A DNA stretch of 64,000 bases from the NCBI GenBank assembly GCA_963844255.1, contig CAWJNP010000018.1, positions 14,847-78,846 of the forward strand, in the 5' to 3' direction. The notes under the pieces are model-generated. The model searched no databases, had not been told where the DNA came from, and was given only the letters and a program-made list of their open reading frames with translations. The translations under genes were made by a program, and so were the position numbers. The stretch is from an uncultured beta proteobacterium. GTDB lineage: Bacteria; Pseudomonadota; Gammaproteobacteria; Burkholderiales; SG8-39. Within the stretch, counting starts at the first letter, position 1, and each line of letters begins with the position of its first letter. Of this stretch, positions 1 through 11,349 are shown piece after piece.

Positions 1-219
1 GGCACGCAGGAGCTTGCGTTTGACGACGCCCGCTTTTTCCAGCTCCTTCAGCCGTTGCGACAGCAGCGTGGGCGACATCTTCGGAACGCCGCGCTGCAGG
101 TCGTTGAAGCGCGTCGATCCGGCGATCAGTTCGCGGATCAGGACCATGGTCCATCGGGTGCAGAGCACTTCGGTCGCCATGGCAAGGGGGCAGAACTGCT
201 TGTAGCTGGCCTGTGTCAT
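1..219 (-). CDS. HxlR-family winged-helix transcriptional regulator (3' end runs off the window)
   Basis: Reverse translation from ATG (complement of 217-219) gives MTQASYKQFCPLAMATEVLCTRWTMVLIRELIAGSTRFNDLQRGVPKMSPTLLSQRLKELEKAGVV... This carries the CP-x-A ... W ... IxR-L ... G..RF..L pattern of HxlR/DUF24 regulators. It is missing from the ORF track because there is no stop inside the window. Confidence 0.8.
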   Translation of the reverse strand, partial: MTQASYKQFCPLAMATEVLCTRWTMVLIRELIAGSTRFNDLQRGVPKMSPTLLSQRLKELEKAGVVKRKLLRA

Positions 220-404
220 TGCAATCGTCCTTTACGGTAGTCGTGCGAGCGTAGATCGTCGCCGGCACCCTGCCTAGTACTGTAACTGTAGTGAATGCTC
301 CACTCTCGTGACTGGAGGGCAGTCTCCCACCCCCGGATACTGCGGACGCGCTGGGCAGTCATGGCAGCGACGTGTACCAAAAACCTACCTTCTGGAGAAA
401 TGAA

Positions 405-732
405 ATGAGTGTGTTCCTCATCGCCGATATCAAGATCACCAACGATGCCTGGGTTCCTGAATATGCGGCCAATGTGCATAAATTCGTCGAAAAGCAGGGC
501 GGCAAATATCTGTCCCGCAGCGGCAACATCACGACGCTCGAAGGGCCGCAGATGGACAGCAGCCTGGTCGCGATCATGCAGTTTCCGTCGAAAAGCGCCC
601 TGGTGGCGTTCGTCAACGACAAGGAATACCAGCCCTATGTCAAGGCGCGCCAGGCGGGAAGCGTGAGCCGGTTCTTCATGATCGACGATACCGACCTCGC
701 GGGTACGGTTCCCTATCTCGAGCGCGGCGTAA
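405..732 (+). CDS. DUF1330-domain protein; stop codon apparently lost (as assembled the ORF reads through to 1052)
   Basis: MSVFLIADIKITNDAWVPEYAANVHKFVEKQGGKYLSRSGNITTLEG...VAIMQFPSKSALVAFVNDKEYQPYVKARQAGSVSRFFMID is a typical DUF1330 fold of about 100 aa. After ...PYLERG the ORF runs antisense through the BVMO gene. Removing one G near 729 creates TAA at 730-732. The ATG at 405 is preferred over the track start at 372. Confidence 0.6.
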
Positions 733-875
733 GCCGGTTCGGCTGCAAGCGACGGGTGCCTGCGGTTCTGCTGCAGGCACCCGCTGGATTGGGAACGGAG
801 ATCCGGAAAGTCGAAATAAATTATCCAAATTTACTTTATGACCACCGCTCTCAGACTGACTCCCCTGTCAATTTG

Positions 876-893
876 TGTATCGATATCGATACA
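876..893. repeat. Perfect 18-bp palindrome TGTATCGATATCGATACA in a convergent intergenic region (copy 1 of 2)
   Basis: Read directly. It is self-complementary over all 18 nt. The wider block GTCAATnnGTGTATCGnTATCGATACA (867-893) recurs at 40358-40384. Confidence 0.9.
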
Positions 894-918
894 TTGACCG
901 CACGTCGAAAGCCAGACT

Positions 919-2622
<1,704 letters not shown>

Positions 2623-2750
2623 TGTCTTTGTGTTATCTAGTCGTGCGCCGTTTCGCGTGCAAAGGATTCTACGCGCCGCCGCGAACACCGCGCGTCGCGC
2701 AGCACCGGGCACGTTGCCTGTTTCGAAAAATGACCGTGCTAGACTGAAAA

Positions 2751-3753
<1,003 letters not shown>

Positions 3754-3757
<4 letters not shown>

Positions 3758-4735
3758 GCGACGATTTCATCCTCGAGGTCGACAACCTCGTCAAGCATTT
3801 CGAAGTCGGCGGCGGGATGTTCGCCGGTCCCGCGGCCACGGTGCGCGCGGTCGACGGCGTGAGCTTCAAGATCTGCGCCGCGGCGAGACCCTGGGCCTGG
3901 TGGGCGAATCGGGCTGCGGCAAAACCACCACCGGCCGCTGCATCCTGCAGCTGGAGAAGGCGACGAGCGGCCGGATCCTGTTCGAGGGCGTCGACATGAC
4001 GACGCTCGATGCGGCAGCGCTGCGCGCCGTGCGCAGGCGCATCCAGGTGATCTTCCAGGACCCCTACTCCTCGCTCAACCCGCGCATGACCGTCGGCCAG
4101 ATGATCGACGAGCCGCTCCAGGTGCACGGCATCGTGCCAGAGAAGCGCGCGCGCGCGGAACGCGTGCGCGAGCTGCGTCGCGCAGGTCGGCCTGCTGCCG
4201 CAGCACGCGGATCGCTTTCCGCACCAGATGTCCGGCGGACAGCGCCAGCGCGTGGGCATTGCGCGCGCGCTGGCGATGGAACCGGTGCTGATCGTCTGCG
4301 ACGAACCGGTCTCGGCGCTCGACGTGTCGATCCAGGCGCAGATCATCAACCTGCTCGAGGACCTGCAGGCGCGCCTCGGGCCTGACCTACCTGTTCATCG
4401 CGCACGACCTGTCCGTGGTGCGCCACATCTCCGACCGCGTGGCGGTGATGTATCTCGGGCGCATCGCCGAGATCACCGACCGCACGGCGCTGTACGAAGA
4501 ACCCATGCACCCGTATACGCGCGCGCTGCTGTCGGCGGTGCCCATCCCGGATCCGGCACTCGAACTCAAGCGCGAGCGCGTTGTGCTGCGCGGCGAGGTT
4601 CCGAGCCCGCTCAATCCGCCCTCGGGCTGCTTTTTCAATCCGCGCTGTCCGGACGCAACCGAACGCTGCAGTGCGGAATCTCCGGCGCTGCGGGAAATCA
4701 AGCCGGAGCACTGGTCGGCCTGCCACTTTTCATGA
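3754..4735 (+). pseudogene. Peptide/nickel ABC transporter ATP-binding protein (DppF/OppF-like), frame broken three times as assembled
   Basis: Pieces in three frames: [16 protein letters not shown]...VDGVSFKI / [23 protein letters not shown]...[14 protein letters not shown] / ...[41 protein letters not shown] / [27 protein letters not shown]...[14 protein letters not shown]...GCFFNPRC. Breaks lie near 3874-3878, 4177 and 4379. Confidence 0.85.
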
Positions 4736-4849
4736 CTGCGTTCCTGACAGACTGCTGCAAGCTTGTTTTTACTGGGTTAGTATCGGCGCTGCGCTTTCCA
4801 CAGAGAGAGCCATCCACACGGGACACGTAGTTAATAGGAGGAGCATTCC

Positions 4850-6438
4850 ATGAGAAACATCGTTCGACTGATCGCGCTCGCCGCAGCCGCACTGTTGGCA
4901 TTGCCAACCCTGGCGCAAACGCCCAGAAACGGGGGCGAACTGATTTTCCCCGTACCTTCCGAGCCGCCCTCTTATGACGGCCACCGCGAGGAAACCTTCG
5001 GCCTGATCCACCCGATCGCGCCGTTCTACAACACGCTGTTGCGTGTCGACCCGACCGATCCGGGCGGAACCAAGCCGTATCCTTCGATCGCCGAGAGCTG
5101 GACGGTGTCGACCGACGGCAAGACCTACACCTTCAAGATCCGCACCGGGCGTCAAGTTCCACGACGGCAGCGCGATGACCTCGAAGGACGTCAAGGCCTC
5201 CTACGACAAGATCATCTTCCCGCCGGCCGGCGTGGGCTCCAGCCGCAAGGGACAGTACGCGGACGTCGTATCGGTCACTGCGCCGGACGCGACCACGGTG
5301 GTGTTCAAGCTCAAGCACCCTTCGGGCTCATTCATCGCATCGCTCCTTTCGCCCTACAACTTCATCTACAGCGCAGACAAGCTTGCCAAGGACCCGCATT
5401 GGTACGAGAAGAACATCATGGGCACGGGGCCATTCACCTTCGTCGAGCATGTCAAGGGCTCGCACGTGGTGGGCAAGAAGAACCCGAACTACTGGGACAA
5501 AGGTCTGCCGCATCTGGACGGTTTTCGCGCGATCTTCATCCGCAGCTCCTCTGCGCAGGTCGCAGCGGTCCGCGGCGAGCGCGCGCATATCCAGTTTCGC
5601 GGCTTCACTCCCGCCGACCGCGACAGCCTGAAGGCTGCGCTGGGCAACAAGATCACGGTGCAGGAAAGCCCCTGGGACTGCATCCTGATGGTGGCGTTCA
5701 ACCACGACAAGAAGCCGTTCGACGACAAGCGGGTGCGACGTGCGCTTTCGCTGGCGCTCGACCGGCACCAGGCCGCCGTCGCGCTGTCCAAGATCGCGAT
5801 CGTCAAGGAAGTCGCCGGCGTGCAGGTCCCGGGAACGCCGTTTGCCACGCCCACCGGCGGAGCTCAACAAGCTCGCCGGCTACAGTACCGACATCAACGC
5901 GTCGCGCGCCGAAGCCAAGCGCCTGCTCAAGGAAGCCGGAGCCGAGAACCTGTCCTTCACCTTCAAGAACCGCGGCACGCCGATGCCATACGAGCCGCTT
6001 GCGGTCTGGCTGATCGACCAGTGGCGCCAGGTCGGGGTGAACGTCAAGCAGGAAGTTGTCGAGCCGGCAGCCTACTACACGCCCCTGCGTGCCGGCGACT
6101 TTCAGGTCGCGATGGACTTCCAGTGCGGCTACATCGTCGAGCCGGACCTCGACATGTACAAGTTCCTGTCGGCCGACCGCAACCCGGCGAACTACGGTCG
6201 CTACACGGACCGGGTGCTGGACGATCTCTACGACAAGCAGAGCGGCGCAACGAATGTGGATGAGCGCAAGAAGTACATCCGCGCGTTCGAAAAGCGCCTG
6301 CTCGACGAGGAAGCGCACTACCTGATGACACTGCAGTGGCACCGCATCGTCCCGCACTCGTCCAAGGTCCACGGCTGGCAGATCACGCCCAGCCACTACC
6401 TTAATAACACGCTGGACACCGTCTGGCTCTCAGAGTAA
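4850..6438 (+). pseudogene. ABC transporter substrate-binding protein, family 5 (DppA/OppA/NikA-like), two +1 insertions as assembled
   Basis: Signal peptide MRNIVRLIALAAAALLALPTLAQ. SBP_bac_5-like blocks IAESWTVSTDGKTYTFKIRTG / VKFHDGSAMTSKDVKASYDKI...GTGPFTFVEH...NPNYWDKGLP. The protein continues in a third frame to ...HGWQITPSHYLNNTLDTVWLSE. Breaks lie near 5148 and 5853. RBS AGGAGGAG lies upstream. Confidence 0.85.
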
Positions 6439-6486
6439 CTCCGGCAACCCCCGGCAGGGCTTGCGCCCTGCCGGAATGAGCTTCCC

Positions 6487-7445
6487 ATGCTGAAATACAT
6501 CATCAAGCGCCTGCTGCTGATGATCCCGACCCTGTTCGGCGTCGCGGTCCTCATTTTCCTCCTGCTGCGCGTGGTTCCCGGCGACATCGTCGAGGCGCGC
6601 TACCTGAGCCAGGGCAGCCAGTTCCAGTCGCAGGACCTGATGGACCAGGAAAGGAAGAAGCTCGGCCTGGACCAGCCGGAGTGGAAGCAATTCGCCACCT
6701 GGATGTGGGGAGTCGCGCAACTCGACTTCGGGGTTTCGATGTGGACCGGGATCGCCGATCACCGAGGAGATCAAGCTGCGCTTTGCGCTGTCCCTGCGAG
6801 CTCGCGGTGATCGCGACGGTGGTGGCGACGCTGCTTGCGATTCCGCTCGGCATTCTTGCGGCCATCAAGCAGGACACCTGGATCGACTACGCAGTGCGGG
6901 TGTTTTCGATCGCGGGCCTCGCGATGCCCTCGTTCTGGCTCGGCATCGTGATGATCCTGATCATGCTGATCGTGTTCAAATGGCTGCCGCCGATGGTGTT
7001 CACGCCGTTCTGGGTGGATCCCTGGGAGAACCTCGCGCAGCTGATCTGGCCGGCGCTGGCCGTCGGCTACCGCTACTCGGCGGTGGCGACGCGCATGATG
7101 CGCTCGGCGATGCTGGAGGTCCTGCGCGAAGACTACATCCGCACGGCGCGCGCCAAGGGCCTTTGGCTGAAACTCATCCTTGTGCGCCACGCGATGAAGA
7201 ATGCAATGCTGCCGGTCATCACGGTGGTCGGGCTCGAATTCGCGTTCCTGCTGGGTGGACTGGTGGTCACCGAACAGGTGTTCAACCTGAACGGCCTGGG
7301 ACTGCTGTTCGTGGAGGCCATCTCGCATCGCGATTACACGCTGACCCAGGCGCTGGTGCTGATCGTGGCCGCTGTTGCGATCTTCGTGAATTTCGCCACC
7401 GACATCGCATACGCCTGGATCGACCCGCGGATCCGTTTCCGCTGA
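6487..7445 (+). pseudogene. ABC transporter permease (DppB/OppB-like), two +1 insertions as assembled
   Basis: MLKYIIKRLLLMIPTLFGVAVLIFLLLRVVPGD is the typical DppB N-terminus. An EAA-loop region MLEVLREDYIRTARAKGL is present. The frame shifts near 6750 and 6798: ...WTG / PITEEIKLRFALSL / LAVIATVVATLLAIPLG.... Confidence 0.85.
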
Positions 7446-7482
7446 CCCCGTTTCATTCCGCCGACCCTGTTTCACCGACCCC

Positions 7483-8382
7483 ATGGCCGTCACCAAAGAA
7501 ACCCTCGATTCGCTGTCCGTAGCAAAGCGCGTGCGTCCGCGCTGGCAGGAAGAGACTTTGAAGTTCATCCGCCAACGCCCGCTCGGCGCGATCGGCGCCG
7601 CAATCATCATCGTGATGACCGTGGTCGCGCTGGGTGCGGAGTGGTTTGCACCCTACGACGTACTCGCCACCGACTACGGCGCGATGCTCGCCGCACCCAG
7701 TGGCGCGCACTGGCTCGGCACCGATGCCTATGGCCGCGACGTACTCTCGCGCGTGATCTTCGGTTCCCGCACCGCGCTGATCGTGGGCCTGGGCGCTTCG
7801 GTGATCGGCGCCACGCTGGGCGCGCTGATCGGCGTCGCCAGCGCGTATTTCGGCGGCCGCATCGACCTCATCGTGCAGCGCCTGATGGACATCGTGATCT
7901 CGTTTCCGCTGATCATCCTTGCACTGGCCGTGGTCGCGATCCTCGGCACCGGACTGCAGAACGTGGTTCTTGCGATTGCGATCCCGATGATTCCACGCTG
8001 CGCCCGCGTCGTGCGCGCGAGCGCGCTCTCCGTGCGGGAGATGCCCTACGTGGATGCGGCGCGCGCCGCCGGCTTTACCGACACCCGCATCGTGCTGCGC
8101 CACATGCTGCCCAACGTCATGGCGCCCTACCTGATCATGCTCACCGCCTTCCTCGGCCAGGCCATACTGCTCGAAGCCTCGCTGTCGTTTCTCGGCCTGG
8201 GCGTGCAGGAACCGATCGCCGCCTGGGGCCTGATGCTGCGCGGCGCAGCCGTGGAGTTCGCCGAGTCCGCCCCATGGATGGCGTTGTTTCCCGGCCTGGC
8301 GATCAGCCTTGCGGTGTTCGGCTTCAACCTGTTCGGCGACTCGCTGCGCGACGCACTCGACCCTCGTCTGCGCACGCAGTAG
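7483..8382 (+). CDS. ABC transporter permease (DppC/OppC-like)
   Basis: Intact 299-aa ORF. N-terminal region ...PLGAIGAAIIIVMTVVALGAEWFAPYD, then GTDAYGRDVLSRVIFGSR and an EAA-loop-like PYVDAARAAGF. It is the last gene of the D-F-A-B-C operon. Confidence 0.9.
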   Translation: MAVTKETLDSLSVAKRVRPRWQEETLKFIRQRPLGAIGAAIIIVMTVVALGAEWFAPYDVLATDYGAMLAAPSGAHWLGTDAYGRDVLSRVIFGSRTALIVGLGASVIGATLGALIGVASAYFGGRIDLIVQRLMDIVISFPLIILALAVVAILGTGLQNVVLAIAIPMIPRCARVVRASALSVREMPYVDAARAAGFTDTRIVLRHMLPNVMAPYLIMLTAFLGQAILLEASLSFLGLGVQEPIAAWGLMLRGAAVEFAESAPWMALFPGLAISLAVFGFNLFGDSLRDALDPRLRTQ

Positions 8383-8456
8383 CGGGATAGGTGGGCTGGC
8401 GTACAGAGCGCCCGGCCCTTTCGGCTGACAATCGATCCATTCTCGAAGGATGGACC

Positions 8457-8837
8457 ATGAAAATCAGCATTCCGTTTCGAACCCTGTTGCTGTCTTCCCT
8501 GTTTGTCGTCGGCGCCGCGACCACGCCTGCTCATGCACAACTGAGCATCAACATCGGCATTGCGCCCCCGGCGCCGCATTACGAAGTCGTACCAGCCATG
8601 GCGCCCGGTTACTTGTGGGCACCCGGCTACTGGGCCTGGAGCGGCGATCGCCATATCTGGGTGCGCGGCCGGCCCATCATGCAACGCGCCGGCTATCGCT
8701 GGGAACCCGATCGTTGGGAGCAGCGCGGGGACCATTACTACCGGCACGAGGGTCGCTGGGAATACGACAAGCACGACAAGCCGAAAAAGCACAAGAAGGA
8801 GAAGAAGGAAAAACACGGAAACAAGCACGATCGCTGA
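8457..8837 (+). CDS. Secreted YXWGXW-repeat-type protein with Lys/His-rich C-terminal tail
   Basis: Start taken at MKISIPFRTLLLSSLFVVGAATTPAHA (signal peptide). Trp/Tyr/Arg-rich repeats follow: PGYLWAPGYWAWSGDRHIWVRGRP..GYRWEPDRWEQRGDHYYRHEGRWEYD. The tail is KHDKPKKHKKEKKEKHGNKHDR. Confidence 0.7.
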   Translation: MKISIPFRTLLLSSLFVVGAATTPAHAQLSINIGIAPPAPHYEVVPAMAPGYLWAPGYWAWSGDRHIWVRGRPIMQRAGYRWEPDRWEQRGDHYYRHEGRWEYDKHDKPKKHKKEKKEKHGNKHDR

Positions 8838-8896
8838 GTCCCGCTTCTGCGCGGGTTACGCGACACGACATTGCGACTCGGGCGCTCTCGTGTCGT

Positions 8897-9682
8897 CTAG
8901 CGAGGATCCAGAAACTCCAGAACCGCGGCATTGAACATGGCGGTTTGCTCAATGTTTGGAAGGTGGCCTGCGTTCCCGATAACCCGCAACTTTGAGTTCG
9001 CAATTCCGCGATGCAGGACTTCAGCCGCCGAGACTGGCGTTCCAATGTCCTGCTCGCCAACGACGATCAGCGCCGGGACCTTGATCCCGGCCAGGATGGG
9101 CAGCTGGTCCATGTCACGGATTGCGGCGGCCGAGCCCACCAATCCGTCGACCGAGGTGTTCGAAATCATCACGCCGAGTTTCGCCACGACTTCAGGATGC
9201 GCCGCGCGGTAACCGGCGGTAAGCCAGCGCTCGGTCATCAGCTGGACGAACGGGCCAGTGCCTTTTTCACGCGCAAGCGCGATGCGACCGTCCCAGACAG
9301 CAGGCGGCGGCATCTGACAGGCCGTATCGCTGAGGATCACTGAAGAGAGCCGGTCACCGTGCTTCGCGGCGAGCAGCTGGGCGATCATCCCGCCCTTCGA
9401 CAGGCCGAGGAAATGAAGTTTGTGGATGCCGAGCGCATCGATCAGTCCGATGACATCGGCGACCAGCAGTTCCATGGAGTAAGGACCGGGCGTGGCCTGG
9501 GTGCCACCGTGACCGCGCGAATCGTAACGAAGCAGGCGGTACTTCGCGGTGAATGCGGGCACCTGGGCATCCCACATGCCGTAGTCGGTCAGCAAGGAAT
9601 TGCTCAGCATCAGCACCGGGGCGTCTGCCGGGCCTTCGAGCTTGTAGTGGATGTCGATCCCGTTCGCCTTGATGCGGTTCAT
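8897..9682 (-). CDS. Alpha/beta-fold hydrolase, 3-oxoadipate enol-lactonase (PcaD)-like
   Basis: 261 aa. Nucleophile elbow GLSKGG, and LRYDSRGHGGT ... IGNAGHLPNIE, typical of the enol-lactonase/haloperoxidase branch. Confidence 0.85.
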   Translation of the reverse strand: MNRIKANGIDIHYKLEGPADAPVLMLSNSLLTDYGMWDAQVPAFTAKYRLLRYDSRGHGGTQATPGPYSMELLVADVIGLIDALGIHKLHFLGLSKGGMIAQLLAAKHGDRLSSVILSDTACQMPPPAVWDGRIALAREKGTGPFVQLMTERWLTAGYRAAHPEVVAKLGVMISNTSVDGLVGSAAAIRDMDQLPILAGIKVPALIVVGEQDIGTPVSAAEVLHRGIANSKLRVIGNAGHLPNIEQTAMFNAAVLEFLDPR

Positions 9683-9752
9683 CTCGTTTGCCTTTCGGAA
9701 GGTTCACTGGATGTGGAAACGCAACTGCCGTTGCGTTGTATACGTTCTGCTT

Positions 9753-10904
9753 TTACGGACGATGATTCCCCCACCGGCGTTGCAACACCCGGAACGTCAG
9801 CAGGGTCAGGGGAATCATCAACCACAAGCCCGTCGCGAACCACAGCGGCGCATCGTGATTCCGGGTGGCGTCGAGGATCCAGCCGGCCAGCGGCGGAATG
9901 ACCGACAGCCCGAGGAAGTACACGGTCGAGGACAGCCCGAAGCCCGCGTTGCGGCTGCCCGGCCGGAGCACCTCGGAGGGCAGCGCCATGATGCCGCCGG
10001 TGCAGGCGCCGCGCAGAAGACCGAATAACAGAATCCAGAAAAGCGCGTAGCCGCCCTGCGGCAGCATGAAACAGGCGAACGCCGCGCCAAGAGCACCCAG
10101 CGTGATGAAGACGTTGGGCTTTTTCGTGCGGTCGGTGAGGTAACCGCCCAGCGGCACCGACCCCAGCGCGACGATGGCGGACATGCTCACGAGAAAACCG
10201 GCTTGCGCCACACTCATCCCGCGGGAGATCAGCAGGACCGGCGCGAAGCTCATGAACAGCACATAGCCCGACACGAACCACATGCGCATCGCCGCGGCCA
10301 GCAGCGCGAGCACGAACTCATGCAGGCTGATCTGCAGGCCATGGCGGGACGCGCGCCCCGGACCGGACTTCGCCGCACCTGCAGATGCGGCTCCCGGTAC
10401 CGCCTTGTCGCGATAGACCACGAGCACGAGATACAGCGCCACGCCGATCAGCACGACGCTTGCGAGTACGGCTACCTGCCACGAACTCACGGCGGCGATC
10501 CCCGAGAGCAGACCAGTGGCCATGCCGATGCCGAGGCCGAAACTCGAGGCATTGATCGACATTGCGGTCGAGATTTCCCTGCCCGCAAACCAGTCCGTCA
10601 CCACCTTCAGTCCCTGGGTGGTGAGCACGGCCGTGCCGATGCCACCGACCAGTCGGGCAACGACCATCACGGTGTAAGAGTCGGTCGCGGCAAACAGCAG
10701 CGCGGCGACCAGCATCAGCGCCAGCGAGATCGCCATCGTGCGGCGGTCTCCGAGGCGCGCGGCGAGCATCCCGCCGGGAAGGGCGAAAAACACCCCGGGG
10801 AGCATGGCGAGGCCGGTGAGCACGCCAATCTCGGCGTAGGAGAGTCCGACGCGTTCGACGAGCACGGGGGCCAGCGCCTGCACGGTCTGCAACTGCATCG
10901 CCAC
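9753..10904 (-). CDS. MFS transporter; N-terminus unresolved
   Basis: About 12-TM hydrophobic profile. MFS motif A is GGMLAARLGDRR after TM2. The track ORF starts at GTG 10904, but an in-frame TM1-like peptide (..DEDRRWAALAILFLIGLSV) continues upstream with no ATG/GTG/TTG before the preceding gene's stop. Confidence 0.75.
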   Translation of the reverse strand: MAMQLQTVQALAPVLVERVGLSYAEIGVLTGLAMLPGVFFALPGGMLAARLGDRRTMAISLALMLVAALLFAATDSYTVMVVARLVGGIGTAVLTTQGLKVVTDWFAGREISTAMSINASSFGLGIGMATGLLSGIAAVSSWQVAVLASVVLIGVALYLVLVVYRDKAVPGAASAGAAKSGPGRASRHGLQISLHEFVLALLAAAMRMWFVSGYVLFMSFAPVLLISRGMSVAQAGFLVSMSAIVALGSVPLGGYLTDRTKKPNVFITLGALGAAFACFMLPQGGYALFWILLFGLLRGACTGGIMALPSEVLRPGSRNAGFGLSSTVYFLGLSVIPPLAGWILDATRNHDAPLWFATGLWLMIPLTLLTFRVLQRRWGNHRP

Positions 10905-11022
10905 CGACAGGCCGATCAGGAACAGGATGGCCAGAGCAGCCCAGCGTCTGTCCTCGTCGCCTGCCGCGCCCGACCGCGTCGCTGGTGTCCCGGTGCCGAT
11001 CGGTCTTCCTTCTCGCCCGGTG

Positions 11023-11349
11023 CTACAGGCGTTCGTCGGGCGGTGCGATTTCGGTGACGAGGTCGCGAATCAGGGACTTGTTGGGCAGAGGCTCGACCAG
11101 CATCTCTCGCGCTTCCAGTCGCGCGGTGCAGGCGTACACCGTCTTGCCGTCCACGCGCACCATGCATTCCTTGCAGGTGTTGGCGCTGGTGCAGGAATAG
11201 CGGATCGCGAGCGAGGGATCGCGGTGCGCGCGAATCCAGCGCAGCGCGTCGAGCACCGACTGGCCCGATTCGAAAGGCACCTCATGGGTTTCGTGCCGGG
11301 CGGGTTCGCCCGGCGCGCCACGCTTCACTTTCAGGGTCACGGTACTCAT
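11023..11349 (-). CDS. Stand-alone 2Fe-2S ferredoxin-like protein (SdhB/FrdB N-terminal-domain type)
   Basis: MSTVTLKVKRGAPGEPARHETHEVPFESGQSVLDALRWIRAHRDPSLAIRYSCTSANTCKECMVRVDGKTVYACTARL... has the C-x4-C-x2-C...C arrangement of the SdhB 2Fe-2S domain. The 4Fe-4S and 3Fe-4S half is absent. Its ATG overlaps the flavoprotein stop (ATGA). Confidence 0.75.
   Translation of the reverse strand: MSTVTLKVKRGAPGEPARHETHEVPFESGQSVLDALRWIRAHRDPSLAIRYSCTSANTCKECMVRVDGKTVYACTARLEAREMLVEPLPNKSLIRDLVTEIAPPDERL

Noticed and set aside
838-897. 19-codon ORF (MTTALRLTPLSICVSISIH) spanning the first palindrome
   Set aside because: It has no RBS and is not conserved at the second palindrome copy. It is too short to support.
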